NCBI GenBank assembly: GCA_019058445.1
Contig: JAHPZA010000004.1
Location: 386,184-450,183, forward strand
DNA from: Promethearchaeota archaeon
GTDB taxonomy: Archaea; Asgardarchaeota; Lokiarchaeia; Sigyniarchaeales; SOKP01
Direction of reading: 5' to 3'
DNA length: 64,000 nucleotides
The stretch's first letter is position 1. Each line of letters starts with the position of its first letter. The notes beneath the pieces are model-generated. The model made no database searches. It saw only the letters and a list, made by a program, of their open reading frames with translations, and was not told the DNA's origin. A program made the translations under genes and the position numbers. Positions 19,051-29,804 of this stretch are shown piece after piece.

Positions 19051-19797
19051 ATGATTAAAAATATCTTCATCATGAAAGCAACCACGGGAGAATTAATTTT
19101 TCATAAATCATATGAGGATATTTTTGATGTGAAGCTGACCAGCAGCTTTCTTTCCGCTATTTTCTCGTTTGTAAAACAAACTCTTAAAACAGAAAAGCTT
19201 TCTGAAATCGAAGTAGGGCCATTTCGGTTTATTTTCGAAATTGAAAAAATTAAATCAGAAGAATTAATGTTTGCAATATTCGCAGATCGAACTGATAATT
19301 TAGTAGAGCTCAGGAACCAACTAAGAGAAGTTAAAGCGCAATTTTTAGATAAATTTGAATTAGCCTCTTTAACTGAATTTGATGGTGAAATTTCAAAATT
19401 TTTTGAATTTGAAAATAATATTGATGATATCATGGAAAAAAGTAAGCAATTAGTGTCTGAAGATATTCAAAAGGATTTATTAAATATTATTAACGAACTA
19501 CATACTTTTTCCTCATTTGTGATGGCTTCTGCGCTATTGACACAAACAGGAAGAGTTATTGTTTCTTATCTAAATCCTAATGTATTATCAGAAATAATTA
19601 AACTTCTCGAAGCACGTTTCTTAATTGGAAATAACAAAATTAATGAATTAATTACTTTAGAAAGCTTCGGAATTTTAAGTCTAGTAGGAATTAACTCCTT
19701 TATTTCAGTAATTCAGTTTAAGAATAATTGTCCATTTGAGACCGCACTCATTATCTCTAAAAAATTCTCATCTAGATTGCGAAATTTGATATTTTAA
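19051..19797 (+). CDS. Longin-domain protein with a C-terminal roadblock-like domain
   Basis: N-terminal IKNIFIMKATTGELIF...LTSSFLSAIFSFVKQ (longin). C-terminal half LLNIINEL...VMASALLTQTGRVIVS (roadblock/LC7-like). Confidence 0.7.
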   Translation: MIKNIFIMKATTGELIFHKSYEDIFDVKLTSSFLSAIFSFVKQTLKTEKLSEIEVGPFRFIFEIEKIKSEELMFAIFADRTDNLVELRNQLREVKAQFLDKFELASLTEFDGEISKFFEFENNIDDIMEKSKQLVSEDIQKDLLNIINELHTFSSFVMASALLTQTGRVIVSYLNPNVLSEIIKLLEARFLIGNNKINELITLESFGILSLVGINSFISVIQFKNNCPFETALIISKKFSSRLRNLIF

Positions 19798-19946
19798 TTT
19801 TTAAAATCCAATTAACTATTTCAACATGATAATGATCTATTTTTATAATTTTATGTAAATAAATTACGTAAAAAAATTAAAAAACTATCAAAATCTCTTA
19901 TTCATAATATATTAGATATTAAATGTAAAAAAAAAAATAAAACAAA

Positions 19947-21248
19947 GTGGAAAAACAATTGTTAAAAAAAACTAGTTATGCTCAAGCAATAAATGACGAA
20001 ATTCTTGAGAAGCTTAGCCTGAAGAATAGATATGCCTGGGTGAATAATAATCTTCAATCGATTTTGACAACGGAACAATTTAATTTCTTTAGAAAAGTTC
20101 AAAGATTTTGTTTAAAATTTGAGAAGAAACACGATATTACTCATAAAACAGATGAGGATATTTATTCATGGATTCCCGAATTTGGAGCAGAAGGTTATAT
20201 TACCAGAGCTCATAGTTTTGAATGTTGTGATTTAAATCAAGACCCACATGGGGCAGTTCCTGACTTTTTAAGGAACCTGGCAATGGATATGTTCGATCCT
20301 CAATTTGCAATGGCAGGTGGGGCAACTGTTCTCGCAATCAACCCCGTTCATGAACATCATGAAAATATTCCCGTGAGACTCGAGGCTATGAAAGAATTGG
20401 CTACTGGTAAAACTCCAGGAGCGATTTGTATAACAGAACCTGAGCGAGGATCTGATGCGGTTCACATGCTTACTACTTGCGATGAGCAACCAGATGGAAG
20501 TTTTTTGCTTAATGGAAGAAAAATATTCAACACGAATGCGCCAAAATCAAAATGGATTGTCGTATATGCGACTTCTGAGCAAAATAACGGAAATACCATG
20601 GCACAATTCCTCGTTAATAGTGAATGGGATGGATGGAATTGTGAACGGGTTTTCATTCCGTGGGTTCCTAAAGTTCACTTAGGACATGAAACTTTTGAAA
20701 ATCTAAGAGTTCCAAAAGAATATATTTTAGGAGGTATCGGAAAGGGGCGTGAACACCTCTTTGAGGGTTTAGTACCTGAAAGAATAGGTATAGCCGCTAT
20801 GGGCATATCCGAGTCTTGGGGAGCTCTTTCTTTTGCCGCAATCTATGCAAATATGAGAAAACAATTTGACCAAGAGATTTTAAAATTCCAAGGTGTCGGA
20901 TTTCTCCTTTCAGAATTATGGGCAAAAACTACAAATCTCACATGGGGAATATTTAAGTTCATTGAAAATTATGACGAAAAAATGGAAAAATTTGGTGGTC
21001 AATTACCTCCAAATATCGCACGAGCATTAGTTGCTTCTGCATCCCAGTTTAAATTTCATTGTACGGCACTTACTAAGGAAGTATGTTATGAATGCGCCAA
21101 TTTGATGGGTGGAGCTGGCCTCTGTGATAATACCTTGATGCATGACCTTTTGAATATTTCTCGAATCCAAGAAATAGTAGGCGGTTCAAGGCAGATCCAA
21201 CAGTATATTATGAGTATGGCTCTCAGGCAATTATTTAAGATGATTTAA
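19947..21248 (+). CDS. Acyl-CoA dehydrogenase
   Basis: ITEPERGSD, LNGRKIF, ERIGIAA, RKQFD..I.KFQGV, MGGAG. Confidence 0.92.
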   Translation: MEKQLLKKTSYAQAINDEILEKLSLKNRYAWVNNNLQSILTTEQFNFFRKVQRFCLKFEKKHDITHKTDEDIYSWIPEFGAEGYITRAHSFECCDLNQDPHGAVPDFLRNLAMDMFDPQFAMAGGATVLAINPVHEHHENIPVRLEAMKELATGKTPGAICITEPERGSDAVHMLTTCDEQPDGSFLLNGRKIFNTNAPKSKWIVVYATSEQNNGNTMAQFLVNSEWDGWNCERVFIPWVPKVHLGHETFENLRVPKEYILGGIGKGREHLFEGLVPERIGIAAMGISESWGALSFAAIYANMRKQFDQEILKFQGVGFLLSELWAKTTNLTWGIFKFIENYDEKMEKFGGQLPPNIARALVASASQFKFHCTALTKEVCYECANLMGGAGLCDNTLMHDLLNISRIQEIVGGSRQIQQYIMSMALRQLFKMI

Positions 21249-21581
21249 ATTCATTTATAGAAAAATTATTTTTCTATTTTTTTATTTTTAATCTATTTCG
21301 AAAAATGTGTCCATTCCAATATTTAGAGAATAGACCCATTTAAAAGTGACTATTTTTTTTTTAATCTTCTTTTGAATAGGAAAACTCTTAATTAGGAGGA
21401 ATAATTGGTAATTCGCAAAAAGAAATAGATGATTTTTCTACTTATTGTTTGCAGACCGATTCTATGGTATACTGATAATTTTTTAAAATCGTTTTTAGGA
21501 ATTTCAAGCCTAAAGGAGAGTAATATAAGATATAACACTTTAATAAAGAGAGAAAAAAAAAGTTTTTTTGAGTTTTTTAAA

Positions 21582-22877
21582 TCATACAGACATTTTATAT
21601 AATTGTCTCAAGGACATACTCATAATGTACTGTTGGATCTGCCTTGAACCGCCTACTATTTCTTGGATTCGAGAAATATTTAAGTAATCATGCATAAGAG
21701 TGTTATCACAAAGTCCAGCACCGCCCATACTGTTGGCGCATTCATAACACACATCTTTCGAAAGCATGGTGGCATGATATTTCAATTGGCTTGCACTCGC
21801 GACCATAACCTGTGCAATATTTGGAGGCAATTCCCCACCGAATTTTTCCATTTTCTCATCGAACAATTCGCAGAATTTGAGTAATCCTAAGGTTACATTA
21901 GTTACTCTCGCCCAGAGATCAGTTAATAGAAATCCGACACCTTGGAATAACAAGATCAATTTATCAAATTGTTTTCTTAAGTTTGCATAAATTACAGCAT
22001 GAGCTAATGAACCCCAGCATTGACTTATGCTCATAACCGCTATGGCAATTCTTTCTGGGACTAAACCCTCAAAGAGATGTTCACGTCCCTTTCCTACTGG
22101 TCCTAAGATATATTCTTTTGGAACCCTAGCATTCGTGAGAGTTTCTTTACCAAGAAAGAGTTTTGGCACCCATGGTATATATACTCGTTCGACATTAACA
22201 CCATCCCAAGAGGTATTTATCAGGAATTGGGCCATGGTATTTCCGTTATTTTGTTCAGCAGTAGCATATCCGACAAGCCATCTTGATTTAGGGGCATTCG
22301 TGCTGAAAATTTTAGTTCCATTAAGTAAAAAGCTCCCATCTGGTTGCTCATCGCAGGTCGTAAGCTGATGGACCGCATCTGAACCTCTTTCCGGTTCTGT
22401 TATTAGTATTGCTCCTGGGGATTTACCAGTGACCATTTCTTTTAGAGCCTCAATTCTTACTGGCACGTTATCATGGTGCTCATGCACGGGATTGATTGCG
22501 AGAACTGTTGCTCCTCCTCCCATGGCGAATTGTGGATCAAACATATCAATTGCGAGATTACGCATGAAATCCATTGCTAATCCATGCTCTTTATAGTTCA
22601 AATCACATTCAGTAAAAGGATGCATTCGCGTGATATAACCCTTTTCTCCAAAAGCAGGAACCCAATCATAAACATCCTCATCTGAATTATGTTTTATATT
22701 ATTTTGTTTTTCAAACTTAAGACAAAATCTTTGAACCTGGCGTAAGAATCCGAATTCTTCCGTTGATAAAGCAGAAGTTAAATTATTATTTAAAAAGTTA
22801 TATCGGTTTTTAAGGCTAAATTTACCAAGGATTTCATCATTTATCGCTTGAGCATATTTTGTTTTTTCTAATGGCAT
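21582..22877 (-). CDS. Acyl-CoA dehydrogenase, convergent paralogue of 19947-21248
   Basis: Same motifs; highly similar along the whole length. Confidence 0.92.
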   Translation of the reverse strand: MPLEKTKYAQAINDEILGKFSLKNRYNFLNNNLTSALSTEEFGFLRQVQRFCLKFEKQNNIKHNSDEDVYDWVPAFGEKGYITRMHPFTECDLNYKEHGLAMDFMRNLAIDMFDPQFAMGGGATVLAINPVHEHHDNVPVRIEALKEMVTGKSPGAILITEPERGSDAVHQLTTCDEQPDGSFLLNGTKIFSTNAPKSRWLVGYATAEQNNGNTMAQFLINTSWDGVNVERVYIPWVPKLFLGKETLTNARVPKEYILGPVGKGREHLFEGLVPERIAIAVMSISQCWGSLAHAVIYANLRKQFDKLILLFQGVGFLLTDLWARVTNVTLGLLKFCELFDEKMEKFGGELPPNIAQVMVASASQLKYHATMLSKDVCYECANSMGGAGLCDNTLMHDYLNISRIQEIVGGSRQIQQYIMSMSLRQLYKMSV

Positions 22878-23267
22878 TTTCTTTATATCCTTTTTTAAAT
22901 TTTTTTATAATTATATTAAATTATACTAATGGGAATGTGAATTTGTTTTTTAACTTTTTTTTCCACAATTTCAATTCTAATCAAATTGATTATTAATCAA
23001 TATATAAGTCCATAAGTAAGCTAAAAGCCATATTTAGATTAGACAAATCTTATCCATAAAAAATGGATTTTCTCATATTTGGTTAAGAAACTGAAGAGAA
23101 TTATACGAAATCTGTTGAATTGAGCCAAACTCTATTTCTTTCTATGGTTTTAAAAATTATAAACATGTAGGATCTTTATTATATAAGTAATTATGTAAAA
23201 ATTAAAAAGAAGTAAAATGATTTGATAAATAAAATTAAAATAAAAAGGTATTTTAAAAGATTAAGAT

Positions 23268-23489
23268 TTAGTCGTCTTCCTCTTCTTCACTCATGAGATC
23301 CTCGATTTTCGCTTCTAGTTCCTCGATTTTTTGATCGATTTCTTCAATTTTTTTAAAGACTTCACACGTTTCACATCCGTCATCTTCTTCACATTGGGGT
23401 AATGTATCACATTTTTCTTCTAAAGCATCTCTTTCATCCAATAAATTATCCACTTCTTCTTGAAGTTTCTCAACACTCATAATTTTCAC
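23268..23489 (-). CDS. Small acidic coiled-coil hairpin protein with a central 4-Cys cluster
   Basis: Heptad helices flank CDTLPQCEEDDGCETC. Confidence 0.7.
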   Translation of the reverse strand: MKIMSVEKLQEEVDNLLDERDALEEKCDTLPQCEEDDGCETCEVFKKIEEIDQKIEELEAKIEDLMSEEEEDD

Positions 23490-23568
23490 CTATTAAAAAT
23501 CAATGTTACTTCCTTTATTTTTTTTTTGATTAATATATTTGGATTAATAAACGGCTAATAACAATATA

Positions 23569-24381
23569 TTACGAAAAAGAAGGCAAGAAAAAAACAAGCA
23601 AGATAAGAGCGAATATTATTATGAGAGCTATGGAAAATAGTTTTTTTTTCCTTTTACGCTTATATTTCTGCATTAACTGGGGATCTTCTTTAGGATTTTC
23701 AATAATTCTTTCAACTGTTTCAGAATCTTCGGCAACTACCCTGGATATTTTTTCAAGTTTGCGAATTTCTTTAATTCTCTTTTTCTCATCTGCTATGGCA
23801 TTTTTAATTATCTCAAACGTTTCTTCAGGGAGATCTTCTTCAGCAAGCATGACATCTTTAACTAATAAATCCAATCCAACAGTTAATTTATAATTCATGG
23901 AAAAATTTTTGTCTACAAATTTTTTAATTAGAGAGCTCTTTCCTACTGAAGCGTCGCCAGCTAATAAGACCTTAAATCTAAAATGATTCGAATCAACAAT
24001 TTCACCTAATCGAGGCTTTATATTTAAAAGAGCAACAAGTGCTAATGTTTCAAAAAGTTTGTCTACATTAATATTGTTTAAAGCAGAGGTTTCTATATAA
24101 TCTATTAAATTATTACGATTTACTTTTTGAATTACGATATCTCTTTGAATAGATTCACCAATAGATTTAACTAAATCGATCTTATTACCAACCAAAATTA
24201 TTGGAATATTTCCTGAGCGCTCACGAATATCATCAAAATATATATCAATATTTTCGAATGTTTCATGACGAGTTAAATCGAAAACTAATCCAACAGCGGC
24301 AGTTCCTTTGAAGAAATCAGTTTTGAAAAAATCAAACCGCTCTTGCCCTCCAATATCCCATAAACTCAGAGTAATCCTCAA
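23569..24381 (-). CDS. Circularly permuted (G3-G4-G5-G1-G2) Rab-like GTPase with a C-terminal tail anchor
   Basis: Motif order WDIGGQERF, GNKID, ETSA, then KVLLAGDASVGKSS and KLTVG. Followed by a charged helix, KRKRKKK and a terminal TM. In-frame TAG TGA lie just upstream, and GAGGAG precedes the TTG start. Confidence 0.85.
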   Translation of the reverse strand: MRITLSLWDIGGQERFDFFKTDFFKGTAAVGLVFDLTRHETFENIDIYFDDIRERSGNIPIILVGNKIDLVKSIGESIQRDIVIQKVNRNNLIDYIETSALNNINVDKLFETLALVALLNIKPRLGEIVDSNHFRFKVLLAGDASVGKSSLIKKFVDKNFSMNYKLTVGLDLLVKDVMLAEEDLPEETFEIIKNAIADEKKRIKEIRKLEKISRVVAEDSETVERIIENPKEDPQLMQKYKRKRKKKLFSIALIIIFALILLVFFLPSFS

Positions 24382-24552
24382 ATATATTGCGCTCCTCGAA
24401 TCATTTATTTTTCACTATTTTTTCCTAAAAGGATAATGTTTTCAAGAAAATTATTGATATTATAATATTATGGAAAGTATAAATATCTTAAAGTTATTAT
24501 AAAATACTACGATAATGTGAAAAATGAGACTTGTTTTTAAATTTTTGTTGGT

Positions 24553-25275
24553 TTATTTTTCCCAAACTCCAATGAAATCATCGGTTAGTTTTAAAATTTT
24601 ATTAAAACCTAGGTTTTTATACAATTCCCTTAGACTCTTTTCATCATGTTGCCAGCTTGAGCGCTTGTGATATGAATTGATTCCATCATTATCGGCTAAA
24701 AAAAAATCTAAAAATTTAATTACTTTTTCAGGAAAAAATTTAGTTATAAACATTGTTGTTTTTCCAATGAAAGCATATGCATGCACATCCTGAGGCTTTA
24801 CCGCAATAGGCTCACATAAAATGATTTTATTCGCATGTTTTTTAGCATTCTCCACTAAATCAATGTGTCTATTTGTTTGAGCATCATAAATATGATGAAG
24901 AATATCACAGAAGACAATGACATCCTGAGGTTCTTTAGGATATTTATCATAATCGAAGATATTATTCTGTTTTAAAATTAATTTCTTTAGGTTAATTTTA
25001 CCGCTTTTCCAGTCTTTATGCATTTTTTTTAAAAATCTATGATTAAGGTCAAACCCAGTATAAGTAGTTGAGGAACTCAAAAATCTGGTGAGAAATCCAG
25101 TGCCACATGGCAGATCAAAAACTTTTTTTGATCCATTTCCTATTAATTTTGCAATTGTCGAATATTTCTCATATCTATCATACAGACAATCAGTAACAAA
25201 GTTATAAATAATCCCACTCCGATAGGGGAGACTTCTAAAACCCGCAAATCGTTGAAATCCCGTTTTAGTAGCCAT
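24553..25275 (-). CDS. Class I SAM-dependent methyltransferase
   Basis: VFDLPCGTG motif I, GFDLN, DVIVFCDILHH. Confidence 0.85.
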   Translation of the reverse strand: MATKTGFQRFAGFRSLPYRSGIIYNFVTDCLYDRYEKYSTIAKLIGNGSKKVFDLPCGTGFLTRFLSSSTTYTGFDLNHRFLKKMHKDWKSGKINLKKLILKQNNIFDYDKYPKEPQDVIVFCDILHHIYDAQTNRHIDLVENAKKHANKIILCEPIAVKPQDVHAYAFIGKTTMFITKFFPEKVIKFLDFFLADNDGINSYHKRSSWQHDEKSLRELYKNLGFNKILKLTDDFIGVWEK

Positions 25276-25518
25276 ATTGAACTCAATATCACAGTAATTA
25301 ATAAAAATTGGTTATTAAAAAAGTAGTTAAATTTTATTAAAAAGTTTATCTTTTTAATAAGCTAAAATTAGATAAAAATCACTTCATACTGAGCATATTC
25401 TCATAAATCTTAGGAAGTTGATAACCTTCTCAGATAATAATTTACTCATAAAATATGAAAAAAAATGAAAAAAGTTAAAATTGTTATGTTGGGAATGGTC
25501 ACTAATCCCTTATTCATA

Positions 25519-27570
25519 CTAAACTTTCAATTTCTCAATTTTTTCTTCTATCTCTTTATCGAGAGTTATCAATTCTTTTTCCAGATCTTTAATTTCTTGC
25601 GAGATGGTTTCAAATCGCTCTTCTTGGATACTTAGCTTTTTAATGTACTTCTCTTTTAAAGTATTTTCTTGAGAGGTATTGCCTAACACAGAAATATTTT
25701 CTCTCAGTCTTGCCTGTTCTTCAGTCATCTGATATTTTTCATCTTCTAACTTGGATTTCTTGGTATTAAGATCATTCTTTCTGCCTATTAGTTCACCAAT
25801 TTCCTTAAGTTGTGCTTCTAATTCTTGATTTATAAATTTTTGCCGGACATAAAAAGCGACTCGTTTGAGGAGATCTTCTTTTGTATAATTATAAAGATAA
25901 TAGCTCGAATAATCTTCCTTGCGTTCCTTGATTTCAAATTTAACAGCATCCTTAGGCTTAAGAGTTAATTTAAACCGCCAGAAATTAGGAGTCTCTTCTG
26001 GTTCAGTAGGACTTTCTAAAATTTTATACCCATACTGTTTGGGGTGATCTAAATAAAGTTCTTTATCTTCATTAGTTTTATTCTTGATTTTATAAAGTGT
26101 TCTTGAATTGGTATAATAGTATTCATAGCAATATGCTCCTCCAAATGAGATTCTATGAATGTCTTGATTCTGAGAAAAAGTTTCGTGAGTAATTACTACA
26201 GCTTGTTCTACAGCATAATTTAAAAGTCGGGTATCATCTTTATTTAAAAAAGGAATTATTGCTTCCCCGGCAAGGTTATTATCATAAATTATAGTTGCGG
26301 GGCCTCTCTCTAAAGTCAAACCAGAATCATTTGTAACCTCAATACAGGCATTTGGATTTTTATCGTATTCATTCTTATTATAAAGTAGAATTTTTTTTGC
26401 TTTTATTTCTTCAGTTAATATAGGAACAAGTGCACTATGCTTTCTTTTAATAGACACTGGATTTGAGATATTATATTCAAAAAGTTCACCAAGATCTTTT
26501 GTCTGGGTAGATGTTTGAGCCTTGACTTTATCCATTAAGGTTTCATCATCCATATCCGCAGCAAAACCCACGGTAGAGGCGGTCATTCTCCCTCCTGGAG
26601 CTGGTGGAGGCATTCCCCCTCGTGCTACTTGTTTAGCTTTTTCCAAGGCTCGCATAGGCATCGCTTCAGCTTCTTCCATTTTGTACTCTTTGAATTTATC
26701 CATTTCTAAGCCTTCCTCGATTTCAGTCGGTTTAGCACTTAATACGCGAGGAGGTTGAATTATATGTCTTTGAATATAAATAGGTCTATAAAAATCATAA
26801 ATAAACGATACAGGCATTCCAGCGACTAGAGATAATTCAATATCCTCCCAATCTACATTTGTAGTGTTTTCCACCAAGCTCCAACCAGAGAGCAAACATT
26901 TTTGGTCTAGAGCTTGTTGCTTACTCATAATTAACCTATAGGAAGTCTTCCATACTGGCGATTCTCTTATGAAACTGACAATAATTGTTCGTTCACCCTC
27001 TTGTCCTCCTGCTTCGCAATTAATTGTTATCTTTTTTGAATCCTTTTTTTTTCCAGCAATTACCGTGTCTAAGAAAAATTTTAAATCCTTTTGCAAGTCT
27101 TCACTTAAAATCTTAAAGGATGTTATTTCAGAAAAGGGAATCTTAGTAATAACACCATCATCCTTTAATAAAGCCAGTAATTTCTCAAGGACTTTTTCCT
27201 CTTTAACAAATTTTTCAACAAATTCAATTCCCATTATGGTGCCAGAGACTTTTTCACTACTTCCTATCGTTAAGTCTATTGCTGCACCTTTAATTTGAGT
27301 AATAAGAGATGACAGAGAATTTGTATCAGGAACGTTTAACATAATAGATTTTAACAATTGTGATGTCTCTAAAGCAGCATCATATGAAATAGATGAAATA
27401 TACCCTTTTTCGCTTGTATCTAAAACGAAAAGAGACTTCAAAACGTCATTCATTTCATCAATTTTAAACTCAAGTTCAAATGTACCAGTGCCTTTTATTT
27501 TTCCCTCATTTGTAAAGAATGATATTCCAGTTCTATGTATTATGACTTTTTTTACTTTTAATTTATTCAT
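25519..27570 (-). CDS. DUF4139-domain protein
   Basis: NDVLKSL, PVWKTSYRL, VENTTNVDWEDIELSLVAG, FEYNI..PVSI, LERGP; C-terminal coiled coil. Confidence 0.8.
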   Translation of the reverse strand: MNKLKVKKVIIHRTGISFFTNEGKIKGTGTFELEFKIDEMNDVLKSLFVLDTSEKGYISSISYDAALETSQLLKSIMLNVPDTNSLSSLITQIKGAAIDLTIGSSEKVSGTIMGIEFVEKFVKEEKVLEKLLALLKDDGVITKIPFSEITSFKILSEDLQKDLKFFLDTVIAGKKKDSKKITINCEAGGQEGERTIIVSFIRESPVWKTSYRLIMSKQQALDQKCLLSGWSLVENTTNVDWEDIELSLVAGMPVSFIYDFYRPIYIQRHIIQPPRVLSAKPTEIEEGLEMDKFKEYKMEEAEAMPMRALEKAKQVARGGMPPPAPGGRMTASTVGFAADMDDETLMDKVKAQTSTQTKDLGELFEYNISNPVSIKRKHSALVPILTEEIKAKKILLYNKNEYDKNPNACIEVTNDSGLTLERGPATIIYDNNLAGEAIIPFLNKDDTRLLNYAVEQAVVITHETFSQNQDIHRISFGGAYCYEYYYTNSRTLYKIKNKTNEDKELYLDHPKQYGYKILESPTEPEETPNFWRFKLTLKPKDAVKFEIKERKEDYSSYYLYNYTKEDLLKRVAFYVRQKFINQELEAQLKEIGELIGRKNDLNTKKSKLEDEKYQMTEEQARLRENISVLGNTSQENTLKEKYIKKLSIQEERFETISQEIKDLEKELITLDKEIEEKIEKLKV

Positions 27571-27737
27571 AGAATTATCACGATCTATTAATAATATAAA
27601 TTTATTCTTTGATTCAAAACTTTAATCAACCAAACAATTAAGAAAAATTATGAAAATCTCAATTAAATGCTCCAAAAATAATGAAAAATTAAATTACATA
27701 TAAAATAGATAAGTGGATACTCATTTTTCATGGTTAT

Positions 27738-29477
27738 CTAGATATAGTATCTACTAAAAATACTGTCAATTCCTTTTGGAGTGAAATTCTTATAAAGACA
27801 ATCATTTAACAATTTTTTATCTATACTTGGATAAATTTTATATAGTCGAATTAAAAATTGAAATAAATTAATAAATTGTCTAGGAGAATTATCTGCATAA
27901 TTTAAATCCTTTAAATCATCATATTCTTCATTCCAAATCTTTTTAATCACAGAATTAATTGTCACTCTCGTCTCCTTTAAATTCCGTGATAGCTCAATAG
28001 AAGTTCTGACACCGATTTTAATAAATTCTATTATCTTTGGCTTATAATAGTATTCCAATTTTGCTTCATTAAAAGTCATCTCTAAAGATTTAGCAATTCT
28101 TTGACTTATCGCAGAGTAATCCTTAAATTCAAACAATACTGAAATTGTTGTAGGAGAATGTCCATCTGATATTAATTTTATAAAGAAAAGACGTTCAATT
28201 TCTTCAAAAAAAAGTATTTTATTTATTAAATCATCAAAGTATGTTTTATTAATTCTTTGAAAAATACGAAATAATAATTGAGCTTCATAAAAAGTTAAAT
28301 CCCAGTATTCTCTTATACGTGCTCTTATAGTGACATTTGTCGTATTATAAAGTTCAGCAATTTTATATTCATCCAATCCCTCCTCTATAAGGTTCTTTAA
28401 CTCATTCTTAGGAATAAATACAAATTGGTAAGATTCTATGCCTCTTAATGCATATTCTAAATGTCTTTTATATAACCTTTCTTGATAAACATCCATAACT
28501 CCAAACAAGAACCGAACTTCCGTCAGATCTTTTATGCCTAGCGACTTCAGTCTTCGATATAATATTCCATGATTAATATTCAGTTTTTCACAGATCTCAT
28601 CATGAAATAATCCTTGTTCTATAAGTTCTATAAGCTTTTCAAGATCAACATCAATATAACCCCTAATTTTGAATGGAATCCACCCTCCAAAGGCTTTTCT
28701 TGCAGAATTAATAGTTGTAATTCCAAGATCCCCCCATAATTCTTTTATCTTAGAATTCACAGTAGAATAACCTATTTAAAACTCATTTGCTATATCTTGT
28801 GTGAAATAACCCGACTGTATCATCTTTTTAAGTTCATCTTCGGGAATATTTACATATCGAGGATTCAAAAAACCGTATAAAACAGGATATCCTGTGCCTC
28901 CACGATTTAGATTATATCCATATAAAGGTTTTATTTCTTGATTATCAAAAGTAAATTATTTGTAAACATAGGTTTTGTAAAATTCAATATATTATTTCTC
29001 TTTATTACAGTGGTCAATAAGATCTGTTGTATAATCAATAACTTGAATAGTAAACTCTCCTCCATCTGTTTGTGAGAATTTCTCATCTACAGTTATTACT
29101 TCAAAATCTTTGTTATACCTTTCAAATGCGTTTTGTAAATATTTATTATCAGAGGTTCTAATATGTTCCAAGAATCTTATCCTTAAACTACGAATAGTAC
29201 ATCCAATATAATACATTTCATGATCTAATGATTTATCTTTATTCTGATCGATAAGAATATAAATTACACCATAAAATTCACCCCAAAAATTATTGTCATT
29301 ACCATCATTTGTATTTCTGTTGGTGATTGTACGAGAATAGGTATTTAGAGGGTTGTTTATCTTCCTTACTGGTATTGTTGGATCTTTAATGGTATTTTTA
29401 AAAGAACAATAACGCTTTCTCATTTTATTATTTTTTTTTCCAATTTTTTCTGTTTTATAATTCGATTTATTATACAT
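27738..29477 (-). pseudogene. GIY-YIG endonuclease with repeated HTH-like modules, interrupted by three in-frame TAA stops
   Basis: ORFs 28992-29477 and 27738-28760 are in the same frame. Motifs GVIYI...YYIGCT.R...RF.EH and, in the gap, GYNLNRGG. Stops at 28992-28994, 28956-28958 and 28776-28778. Confidence 0.8.
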
Positions 29478-29804
29478 TTTTAAATAAAAAAATAAAAGGA
29501 GTGTGCAATAGATCTAGAAAATTTTCAATTTGAATCATTCTCTTTATAATAAAGTGGAAATGAGGAGTAATAAGTAATATATTAAAATTTTTGAAGACAA
29601 TGTCATGAACTGCTGAAAAGGTAAATTTAGAGACTGATTTCAATGAAAATTTGGTGAAAAAACTAAACTGAAACTAATGGCAATGAAGGTACAATAAAAT
29701 ATTAAAGATATCTATCATAATGAACTTATGTAAATATATTAGTCAAACTCATCAAGAGCTTGCCAGGCTAAGAACAAACATTAATAATAAAAAGGTGAAA
29801 CAGA

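Noticed and set aside
29590-29790. TGA-rich plus-strand pseudo-frame upstream of the QueG-like gene
   Set aside because: Mixed stop codons and no motif; cannot support recoding or a gene call.
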